Shown: positions 25,410-32,425 of the stretch, piece by piece | Numbering within the stretch: the first letter of the stretch is position 1 | Layout: every line of letters starts with the position of its first letter | IMG/VR virus record: IMGVR_UViG_3300048606_000044 | Coordinates: 1 to 32,425 of that record | Strand: one strand, 5' to 3' | DNA length: 32,425 nucleotides | From: a virus | Lineage: Duplodnaviria; Caudoviricetes | Notes under the pieces: model-generated | The model's database searches: none | What the model was told of the DNA's origin: nothing | The model's input: the letters and a program-made list of their open reading frames with translations, nothing else | Translations under genes and position numbers: made by a program

Positions 25410-25951
25410 TTCGGTTCCTCAATGATTGTGGCCGTAGCGGGTAGCGCCGGCATGGGGTTTGGGGTACGCAAGCGTTGTAGTCGTTGCGCTGCGTCGAGGA
25501 AGGCGTTCGCCAGTTCCTCGCCCGAGAGAAGGGTTGGCTTGGGCGCGTTCGGGTCGACAGCGGGCACGTCAGCCAGGTGTCCAAGGGTCTTGCCGACGAA
25601 CTGCAGTAGGCGCGCAGACGCCGCGGCGTCGCCGGGGATCCCGCGCCTCGCGTAGTCGGCCTCGCGCTTCAACAGGAGTTGCAGGTACTCGAGCTTCGAG
25701 AGTCCTGTCCCTGCCTGCAACTGCTCCTGAATCTGCTTGATCGCCTTGATGACGAACGGTGCGTACCTGGTGCGGTGCGCGCGCCGGACAACCTTAGTCA
25801 GTCCCTCGACCTCGATGGCTTCCTTCGAGAGCTCGAAGGCGAAGATGTAACTGTCGACGTTGTTGTTGAACGTGTGTGACGTCGGGTCAGAAACGGCGAG
25901 CGCGAACTGACGGAGCTTGCGTCGCCGCTCCTTCTGCTCGATGGTACTCAC
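25406..25951 (-). CDS. Putative terminase small subunit
   Basis: GTGA start; 181 aa, helical; pattern P-V...I..IQ...LSK-EYL..L...AAASARLLQFVGKTLGHL resembles the TerS 'A-lellGk-lG' motif. Confidence 0.55.
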   Translation of the reverse strand: MSTIEQKERRRKLRQFALAVSDPTSHTFNNNVDSYIFAFELSKEAIEVEGLTKVVRRAHRTRYAPFVIKAIKQIQEQLQAGTGLSKLEYLQLLLKREADYARRGIPGDAAASARLLQFVGKTLGHLADVPAVDPNAPKPTLLSGEELANAFLDAAQRLQRLRTPNPMPALPATATIIEEPK

Positions 25952-26298
25952 GCCGGGTCGTAGGTGAGTGCGAAAATATCGGGCTTGCACGGATAGCGTT
26001 CGCCCTTGACGCCAGTGATGATGTAGTCGCCCGGACAAACAACGTGCCCGCCCTCGAGCGTGTCGATCCATCCGTGATTGTGCCACGTCGAACCACAACC
26101 ATTTTCGGCGGTGTGTATCTCACCACCAGCGACATCGGGACGCCGGAAGAACCGGACGACCGCACCCTCAAGCCGCGTGTAGTCGTCGCCGGTCAGTCCG
26201 TCGAGAACCTTTTCGCCAACATGGTCAAGCGGATGGTCGCCGTTCTTGAACCACGGCGTTGCCTCGATCACCACTGGCTTCTTCCGGTATTGACTCAC
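25948..26298 (-). CDS. PGDYG-like phage protein
   Basis: YRKKPVVIEA, IDTLEG..VCPGDYIITGVKGERYPCKPDIF motifs. Confidence 0.85.
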   Translation of the reverse strand: MSQYRKKPVVIEATPWFKNGDHPLDHVGEKVLDGLTGDDYTRLEGAVVRFFRRPDVAGGEIHTAENGCGSTWHNHGWIDTLEGGHVVCPGDYIITGVKGERYPCKPDIFALTYDPA

Positions 26299-26642
26299 GC
26301 CCGCACGACCTCAATGAGTGACCGAGCTGGCGGTGAAGGGATGTCGGGTGTGCCCGTGCCCTGCGTGTCAGCGCCCGGCTCCGTTTGCGGCATCTCAATC
26401 GACACCGCGACCTGCAGCTTGCCGCCGTTGAGAAGTGCAAAGATCAGGTTGCGGCCGTTCTCGCCTGCGATCTGGTCGACCTGCTTCCGGAGCTGACTAC
26501 GGAGCACGCCTTTCAGATGCTCGTACTGACGCTTCGCCTCCTTCTCCTGTCGGCGGGTGACACGGATGGCGCGACGAGCCTCGTACGTGGGCGCGGGAGG
26601 ATCTTCGGTAATCGTCGCATCTGCGACCGGGGAGATGTTCAT
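26295..26642 (-). CDS. Hypothetical protein
   Basis: Coupled to both neighbours by NTGA overlaps. Confidence 0.6.
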   Translation of the reverse strand: MNISPVADATITEDPPAPTYEARRAIRVTRRQEKEAKRQYEHLKGVLRSQLRKQVDQIAGENGRNLIFALLNGGKLQVAVSIEMPQTEPGADTQGTGTPDIPSPPARSLIEVVRA

Positions 26643-26878
26643 TCGGTTGCCTCCGTGAAGTCGACGTAGAACTTCTGCCCCACAGTGAACCTCCCCACGA
26701 GTGCCGGGTTGGTGATCGAGAGCGAAACCATCCCGCTCGGCGTGTAGCGAGCGTAGGTGTTGTCCTCACTCTCGCCCTGGGCACCGAAGGGCGTCTTGCC
26801 CGTGACAGCGGTCATGTTGAGCGATTCCGAGTCTCCCTGCTTTGTTACCACCTGTACCTGCATCTTTGCCCGCATCAT
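26639..26878 (-). CDS. Conserved small phage hypothetical protein
   Basis: MRAKM.V...EDNTYARYTPSG.VSLSITNP...FYVDFT pattern common in prophages (recall). Confidence 0.75.
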   Translation of the reverse strand: MMRAKMQVQVVTKQGDSESLNMTAVTGKTPFGAQGESEDNTYARYTPSGMVSLSITNPALVGRFTVGQKFYVDFTEATE

Positions 26879-27054
26879 CGCTTCAACTCCTGCTTCTTCA
26901 CTTCGCGGGTGACGACGATCTCAGCCGCTTCGACAAGCTGGTAGATACCGACTGGCGTGTTGACCTCCACGTTCGGCACGTCCTCGTGTGTGTTCAGCCA
27001 CTCGTCTTCGCTACCAGCCTCTTCACGAGTGATGGTCTTCGGGAATTTCTTCAT
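26875..27054 (-). CDS. Hypothetical protein, 59 aa (not in ORF track)
   Basis: MKKFPKTITREEAGSEDEWL...VGIYQLVEAAEIVVTREVKKQELKR; ATGA overlaps at both ends. Confidence 0.6.
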   Translation of the reverse strand: MKKFPKTITREEAGSEDEWLNTHEDVPNVEVNTPVGIYQLVEAAEIVVTREVKKQELKR

Positions 27055-27335
27055 TTACCACTCAGGTTGATGTGGTCGACGTCGAGCGTCATCGTTTCGA
27101 TAACCTCGTCGCCGAGCCCGCCCCAGACGGAGCGGAGGGTGAACAGGTTCCAGAGGGTCTTTCCGGTGGTGAAGCGGCGGCCCGTGTAGCTGCCGACCTT
27201 CACGCCGTCGAGCCACCAGTCGACCGCTCCGTCGGACACGCCATCTGCGGCGCGCCATGCTGCGGCTGCTGCGTTGAAGGCGGGGAAGTTGTCTTCGGGT
27301 AGCCCGGTCATCGGGCCAGCGATATAGACCTTCAT
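27051..27335 (-). pseudogene. Chimeric ORF: DUF4406-like N-terminus fused to a lectin/polysaccharide-lyase-like C-terminus
   Basis: MKVYIAGPMTGLPEDNFPAFNAAAAAWRA changes abruptly to DGAVDWWLDGVKVGSY...WGG...DHINLS. Confidence 0.55.
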
Positions 27336-27544
27336 GTTGGCTCCTTGACACGGCGTGCGGCGTATAGTTCGATCTCGCTACCGTCGACAACGAGCTCGGC
27401 GACAAGGCCGCACTTGCCGATCACCTCGGCAGAGAGGAGCAGAAGACCGACGTCGTTAACGGAGAGGGGCTTGCCGTTCCACACCCTCATCACGCCCCAC
27501 CTGCGATCGGGTCGTGGCGGTGTCGTGCGTTGTCTGATGTTCAT
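27332..27544 (-). CDS. Hypothetical protein, 70 aa
   Basis: ATGA overlaps at both ends (MNIRQRTTPP...). Confidence 0.55.
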   Translation of the reverse strand: MNIRQRTTPPRPDRRWGVMRVWNGKPLSVNDVGLLLLSAEVIGKCGLVAELVVDGSEIELYAARRVKEPT

Positions 27545-28197
27545 GCTGCCGCCGTGGTTGGGACCAGTCCTGCTTTCTGAATCTCCTGAAACCACGCGTA
27601 CGAAACCCGATTGCACCCGTAAGACGAGAGCTGGATGTTCTGCGGGCTCGACCATGCCGGCGGCTGTGACAGCGCGTCGAACACGTCGGCCACGACGAAT
27701 CGGTCGTCCTTATCGGCGTACGCTTTCAGCAGGTCGTTGAACAGGTACACGGCCGTTGTCGGGAACGGCGTGCGGTGGACGGGGAAGTAGCCCGTGCCCG
27801 TGGTCGGATCGGGGACGGTCGTGCCGATGATGAGCGCGTTTGGAAGCAGTCGGCGCAGCGTGCGCACAAGCCTCCGGTATCCGCCGATCGTCTCGTGGAC
27901 GGCCGAGTGGATCATCCCCTTCTCGGGCAGCTCGAGCCCCATATCGATCAGGTCTTCGAGCCCGGTCGAGATCGTGACCACGACCTCGCCGCGGGACGGA
28001 AGGATCGACGGGAGTGAGTAGAGCCAGATGTTCGACATTCGGCTTCGCTCGCGGCACAGGTTCTTGTACTTGCCGCACTGGTGGTTGCGGGCAAGGTTCG
28101 ACGCGAGCATCGAAGCCGGGCCGGGCGTGGTTGGTGTCTCGGCGAGGAGCGGGTCCATCGACAGCCCGTCGCCGAGCGCGAAGTACTGCTCGATCAC
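27541..28197 (-). CDS. SGNH/GDSL hydrolase-fold protein with degenerate active site
   Basis: YFALGDGLS (block I), VTISTGLEDL (block III), FNDLLKAYA...VVADV. Confidence 0.6.
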   Translation of the reverse strand: MIEQYFALGDGLSMDPLLAETPTTPGPASMLASNLARNHQCGKYKNLCRERSRMSNIWLYSLPSILPSRGEVVVTISTGLEDLIDMGLELPEKGMIHSAVHETIGGYRRLVRTLRRLLPNALIIGTTVPDPTTGTGYFPVHRTPFPTTAVYLFNDLLKAYADKDDRFVVADVFDALSQPPAWSSPQNIQLSSYGCNRVSYAWFQEIQKAGLVPTTAAA

Positions 28198-28469
28198 GCG
28201 ACCAAGCCTTTGATTCGGCCCGCGACACGCTTCGTGCGGTCACGGCTTTCGGTCAGCGCATCGATCGTCTGCCGGGACTGGAACTCGCGCGCCGAGTGCT
28301 TCTGTCGAGCAACCATGATCGACTGCACTTCGGACTCGAACTCAACGTCGATCTGTGCGGCTGCTGCGTCGAGCTTGGTTGCAACCTTGTCGAGATCGGC
28401 TGTCGCTGCAGCCAACAGTCCTTCACCGTGAAAGCCGAAGAATCGGCGGATAGCTGCAACGATGTTCAT
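28194..28469 (-). CDS. Hypothetical coiled-coil protein
   Basis: ATG with GAGG upstream; first long gene after promoter copy 3. Confidence 0.7.
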   Translation of the reverse strand: MNIVAAIRRFFGFHGEGLLAAATADLDKVATKLDAAAAQIDVEFESEVQSIMVARQKHSAREFQSRQTIDALTESRDRTKRVAGRIKGLVA

Positions 28470-28595
28470 GTAACCCTCGATGGGAGTGGTGGGAGAGGAT
28501 GACTTTTGTTCACTTTGGCGTTGCGGATTAAAGGTCCGGTGCTGGGGACGGTCGCTTACACTCGGGCGTGTCCAGTACCCGTGAAGCCTCGTGTA

Positions 28596-28625
28596 TAAGA
28601 CGAATCGTGTGCAGAAAGGTCACAC
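28596..28625 (-). promoter_or_regulatory. ECF-sigma-like promoter, copy 3
   Basis: Minus strand reads gtgtgac ctttctgcacacgatt cgtctta; overlaps the helicase stop codon. Confidence 0.7.
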
Positions 28626-29990
28626 GATCGGATAGCGCTGCTCGTTATAGAGACGTCCGGTGTCTTTGTTGAACGGGACGCGAAAGAGCGCGGTCGAAGG
28701 GGCGATGCGGAAATTCGCTGGCTTGAGGTAGACGTTGGCTTCGTCGACGCCCAATACCGCCGACTTCGGTTTCTCGTGGGCGAACAGCGTCGCGCCCTGC
28801 GATGTCACGATTGGACGCAGGGTTCCGTCGGCCTGCGGGTCGCACGCCACAAGCGGCTTGTAGACGAAGAAGCTGCCGTCGCATTCCTCGCCAATCTTCG
28901 ACGTCTCGCGGAAGCTCGAGTCGTCGGGCTCGTCGTGCGGCGAACCCTTTGTCAGTTGCGACAGGGCACAAATCACTATCTTGTGCGTCATCGCGAACGT
29001 CTTGAGGTTCCGAGCGAAGTTGCCCATCGGCACGCGCAGCTCGTCGGGGCGTATCTCGCCGTAGTCGAACCGGTGGAGGTGGTCGAGCACAGCCCATCGA
29101 CAACCGTCCGCGACGTAGCGCGCGAGTTGACGCAGACACGCCTCGGGGGTTAATCCCGATCGGTCGTTGATCGTCAGGTTGCCGTTCTGCAGTCGGCCGA
29201 GCGCCGCGCCCCATTCCCGTTCCTGCTCGGTGGTCATCGTGCGACGGTAGTACGTCGTCACGGGGATCCCGGTGTGCATCGACGCCAAGTTCACCCACTG
29301 TTCGAGCGCCGACATCTCGAGCGAGAAGACGACGCCGGGCTGCAATGTCGCCCAATAGTTGTAGAAGTTGCGCGCGACTGTCGACTTCCCTGCCTTCTGC
29401 CGGCCGCCGATAAGGAACAGATTGCCCGGTCGGTTCGGCAGCACCTCGCGGTCGATCTTGTCGATTCCAAATCCGAGCCCTGCCTTGTGCGCGGCCGAAT
29501 CGGCGTAGTAGTCGACGACCTCGATCAGTTGTTTCTTCCGGTCATCGAAGACGCGGTCGTTGCTGACTTCGGCCTGCAGCGCAACCATCCGTTCTTCGAC
29601 ACGCTTCTCGATCTTTGCGACCGGCTTGCCCTGGTCGAGCGCGAGCTGCGCGCCAATGATGATCTGTTTGAACCGCTCGGCGTAGCTGTACGCCTTGAAC
29701 GCCTCGGCCAGTTCTTCGGCCCCGATCTCGTGCTCGACCGACGTGATGCTGCTGGCACAGACCTGGTCGTACAGGGGCACGAGCTCGGACGACTCGTTCC
29801 TGAGTCTTACGCCGATCGACACTGGGTCGACCGACTGACCTGCCGCGGCTAGGCCCGCCAAGAGACTAAAGAGCGCCCGTGAGGGCGCTGTAACGAAGTC
29901 GCTTGGTATCAGTTTGTCGGCTAGAACTGTGGCGGCGTCGGCATCCCAGAGGATTCGACCGAGCACCGCGACCGTAAGGTCGGTGGTCAG
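28620..29990 (-). CDS. dnaB: DnaB-like replicative helicase; start probably CTG 29990
   Basis: Walker A GRQKAGKS, FSLEMS, VLDHLH, LSQL, RETSKIGEECD; N-terminal DnaB-like domain. Confidence 0.88.
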   Translation of the reverse strand: MTTDLTVAVLGRILWDADAATVLADKLIPSDFVTAPSRALFSLLAGLAAAGQSVDPVSIGVRLRNESSELVPLYDQVCASSITSVEHEIGAEELAEAFKAYSYAERFKQIIIGAQLALDQGKPVAKIEKRVEERMVALQAEVSNDRVFDDRKKQLIEVVDYYADSAAHKAGLGFGIDKIDREVLPNRPGNLFLIGGRQKAGKSTVARNFYNYWATLQPGVVFSLEMSALEQWVNLASMHTGIPVTTYYRRTMTTEQEREWGAALGRLQNGNLTINDRSGLTPEACLRQLARYVADGCRWAVLDHLHRFDYGEIRPDELRVPMGNFARNLKTFAMTHKIVICALSQLTKGSPHDEPDDSSFRETSKIGEECDGSFFVYKPLVACDPQADGTLRPIVTSQGATLFAHEKPKSAVLGVDEANVYLKPANFRIAPSTALFRVPFNKDTGRLYNEQRYPIV

Positions 29991-31630
29991 GCGGCGATCT
30001 CGGGCACGACGGGCAGCGCACCAATGTTTGCTGTGATGATGGCAGCGGCCACCTGCGGGCAGACCGAGTTTCCCACCATCCTGACTTGTGCCGTCTTTGT
30101 TAGAGGCTTGCCGTTGTACTCAATGTCGATTTTGTACGAGTCGGGAAACCCCTGGGCGCGGTACAGTTCCCGCGGTGCCAACATCCGCATCGCGATGTCG
30201 GCGATGATGTACTCCATACCGTGGATCGTGACGAGTCCGTACCGATCTTTCGATGTGACCGTGCGCATGGGGTCGAACAGGCTGCCGCCGTCTTTCTCGT
30301 TTCCGTAGTAGGCGACGAGGAACGACTGAACAAGCGACGCATGCCCACCGCCATCACTAGTGATCGTGGGCATCGGGGTGTCAACCGCAGCGCCCGTGCT
30401 CGTTCCGAAGTCGCGTTTGATGTGCGCGGTGACGAGAGCGTTGTGGTCGATGCTCGTGACCGTCGGCATGGGAACTGAGAGTTGAACGCCGTCGACGCCC
30501 GTGTAGTGCTTGGCGAGGAATGCCGCGACTAGCGCGTGTTTGCCGCCGCCCGCAACCAGCGTCCCGAGGGGTTTGTCGAGACCGGGGACTCGCGGCGCCT
30601 GCCCTTCGCGCTCACCGTAGCCCGTCTGGATGAGCGTTGGAGCGATAAGGCCGACCTCGCCGCGGTGCGCTGCTGTAATGGTCGGGAATGGCTCTGTGAG
30701 CGGTAGCACTCGGCGGGAGTCGTCGCCCTGGTGCGTCAGCGAAATCAGACTGGGAACAATGATCGCGGAGTCGGCCTTCGACGTAATCGTCTGATATGGC
30801 TTGTTGAGTGGTCGTTCCGGCGACTGGCCCTGGCGGCCGCCGACGCCGACAATGAACGGGATTGGCGCATCAATGACGAACTTCTGGATCCCGCGAGCGA
30901 TTCGACGGAGCGTCGCGGGGGCAAGCGGTCGCTTCACGCCGACCAGCTTGCCCTCTTCCTTTGTCAGGAAGATTGAATGCACCTTGATTGTCCAGTCGAT
31001 GCACTCCGCTGCTGTGTGCCACGGCTGCGCGCGGCCTTTGCCGTATGTCGCCTGCGGCCATGCTATCGGCTGGCCGTCACAGCGAGCGATCAGGAACAGG
31101 CGCTTCCGTATCGTCGGAGCGCCGTAGTCGCACGCGCGCAGCTCGCGCCATTCGACGACATAGCCAAGCCGGGTGAGGCGTCGGATGAAACTGCGGAACG
31201 TGTCGCCCTTACGCTCGGGGCAGGGGCGCTGCGTATCGCGGAGGACAGGCCCCCACGTCTGAAACTCTTCGACGTTCTCGAGCACGATCACGCGAGGACG
31301 CACGGCCTTCGCCCATCGAACAGCTACCCATGCCAAGCCGCGCACCTTCTTGCTTACAGGTTTTCCGCCCTTCGCTTTCGAGAAGTGTTTGCAGTCGGGT
31401 GAGAGCCACATGAGTCCGACAGGTCGGCCGGCGCACACCTGGACTGGATCGACCTGCCACACGTCCTCGCTGAGGTGCAGCGAGTCGGCGTGATTGGCGC
31501 GGTGAAGCGCAATCGCTTCCTTGTCGTGGTTGATGGCGATGTCGGGGCTGCGTCCGAGCGCCCAACTGATCCCGAGGGACGCCCCGCCTCCACCAGCGAA
31601 GGAATCGACAATCAGTTCGTTCGGGTTCAA
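29987..31630 (-). CDS. C5 cytosine DNA methyltransferase (orphan, phage type)
   Basis: DSFAGGGG (motif I), SPDC (IV), ENV (VI), RKRLF (VIII), GNSV (X); TTGA start at 31630. Confidence 0.93.
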   Translation of the reverse strand: MNPNELIVDSFAGGGGASLGISWALGRSPDIAINHDKEAIALHRANHADSLHLSEDVWQVDPVQVCAGRPVGLMWLSPDCKHFSKAKGGKPVSKKVRGLAWVAVRWAKAVRPRVIVLENVEEFQTWGPVLRDTQRPCPERKGDTFRSFIRRLTRLGYVVEWRELRACDYGAPTIRKRLFLIARCDGQPIAWPQATYGKGRAQPWHTAAECIDWTIKVHSIFLTKEEGKLVGVKRPLAPATLRRIARGIQKFVIDAPIPFIVGVGGRQGQSPERPLNKPYQTITSKADSAIIVPSLISLTHQGDDSRRVLPLTEPFPTITAAHRGEVGLIAPTLIQTGYGEREGQAPRVPGLDKPLGTLVAGGGKHALVAAFLAKHYTGVDGVQLSVPMPTVTSIDHNALVTAHIKRDFGTSTGAAVDTPMPTITSDGGGHASLVQSFLVAYYGNEKDGGSLFDPMRTVTSKDRYGLVTIHGMEYIIADIAMRMLAPRELYRAQGFPDSYKIDIEYNGKPLTKTAQVRMVGNSVCPQVAAAIITANIGALPVVPEIAA

Positions 31631-31911
31631 ACCACCCGCCCCATCGTCAACGGTCGACGGCCCAAGTTCTCGGTGACGGTCGGTTTGAACTCTGGCGCGT
31701 ACTGTCCGTGGATCTGGGCGAACTTTGTCGGAGACGCGTACTGCGCAGGCGTCGAGCGCAGGTACCATTCCCACCTGACCAGAGTTTCGGTGTCGCCGAT
31801 CTCCTTACGGACGGGTGCAAGCGCGCGTGCGGCCTGGCCGCCTGACATCTCGCCGCCGTACTCCTTCTTCCATGCGTCGAAGTAGGGTGTCAGCCATGTG
31901 ATCTTAGACAT
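31627..31911 (-). CDS. Hypothetical protein, possibly replication-initiator C-terminal-like
   Basis: 94 aa, helical; located upstream of methylase and helicase; coupled on both sides. Confidence 0.55.
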   Translation of the reverse strand: MSKITWLTPYFDAWKKEYGGEMSGGQAARALAPVRKEIGDTETLVRWEWYLRSTPAQYASPTKFAQIHGQYAPEFKPTVTENLGRRPLTMGRVV

Positions 31912-32281
31912 TGGCGAGACTGACGAGCGTCAGAAAGTTCTCGAGTGAGAGAAACGCCATTGACTCACCCGCGTCACTACGCGCCACGACAACCGGGATT
32001 GTGGAGTCGACCCCTTGGCAGATGTCGCAGACCTGCTGTTCGTACTTTCCGCAGCCGCACTTTTTCTTGACTGCGTCGGTCGCTTGTTTTAGCCACTTCT
32101 CAATCGTGCCGAGCGTCTTCCGGCGCTTGCACTCGATCAGAAAGTTCCCGAAAGGGATGTCGGTGCCGCCGTCGCGGGCCTGGCCGATATTACGTTGGAT
32201 CTTCCGGCCAGTGGCCGCGCTGAGGCGGGTGCAGATTTCTCGCTCGTACACCGCGCCCTTCGTGCGTTGCATCTTACCCAC
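31904..32281 (-). CDS. PD-(D/E)xK nuclease, Holliday junction resolvase-like
   Basis: KGAVYERE...DI....IECKRRK...W..QA...PVVVAR. Confidence 0.8.
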   Translation of the reverse strand: MGKMQRTKGAVYEREICTRLSAATGRKIQRNIGQARDGGTDIPFGNFLIECKRRKTLGTIEKWLKQATDAVKKKCGCGKYEQQVCDICQGVDSTIPVVVARSDAGESMAFLSLENFLTLVSLANV

Positions 32282-32423
32282 GGCTGTTTTTCAGCACTCG
32301 TTCGAGCGGGATCATTCTGCTGTCGAACAGGTGAATGAAGAAGCTGGCCTGTTCGCGGTACAGGATCGGGACTCTGCTGAGGTCGTGAACGTCGAATGCG
32401 GTAGCAATCGGGCAAGCCATCTG
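32274..32423 (-). CDS. 3' end of a hypothetical gene, probably truncated by the window edge
   Basis: Open frame QMACPIATAFDVHDLSRVPILYREQASFFIHLFDSRMIPLERVLKNSRG*; 8-nt overlap with the resolvase GTG. Confidence 0.45.
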   Translation of the reverse strand, partial: QMACPIATAFDVHDLSRVPILYREQASFFIHLFDSRMIPLERVLKNSRG

Positions 32424-32425
32424 CC

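Noticed and set aside
31631-31774. Longer N-terminus of the methyltransferase in the ORF track (likewise extensions to 26098, 25584, 23835 and 24356)
   Set aside because: These overlap neighbouring genes in other frames; coupled starts just before the first conserved motifs fit better.

Overview
GC-rich window holding most of a tailed dsDNA phage or prophage with podovirus-like architecture. The + strand (443-~25077) carries a late operon: beta-helix fibre/depolymerase, portal, a three-gene fibre cassette, scaffold, major capsid, decoration protein, adaptor, a split nozzle, ejection proteins including an LPD38-type giant protein, lysis genes, and a phosphoesterase/HExxH/lipoprotein cassette. 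The - strand (32425-25018) carries resolvase, C5 methyltransferase, DnaB-like helicase, small accessory genes and a probable small terminase. The window starts in the 3' end of a formyltransferase-like gene. No large terminase, integrase, sigma factor, tRNA or CRISPR array is visible. Main observations: three copies of an ECF-sigma-like promoter (GTGTGAC-N16-CGTCTT) heading three operons; near-universal stop/start coupling that appears to include CTG starts; an AT-rich, synonymously shifted 3' end of the capsid gene with an inverted repeat; a nozzle gene split around an FN3-like insert; and fibre genes on both sides of the portal. All product calls come from motif recognition by eye; no searches were run.
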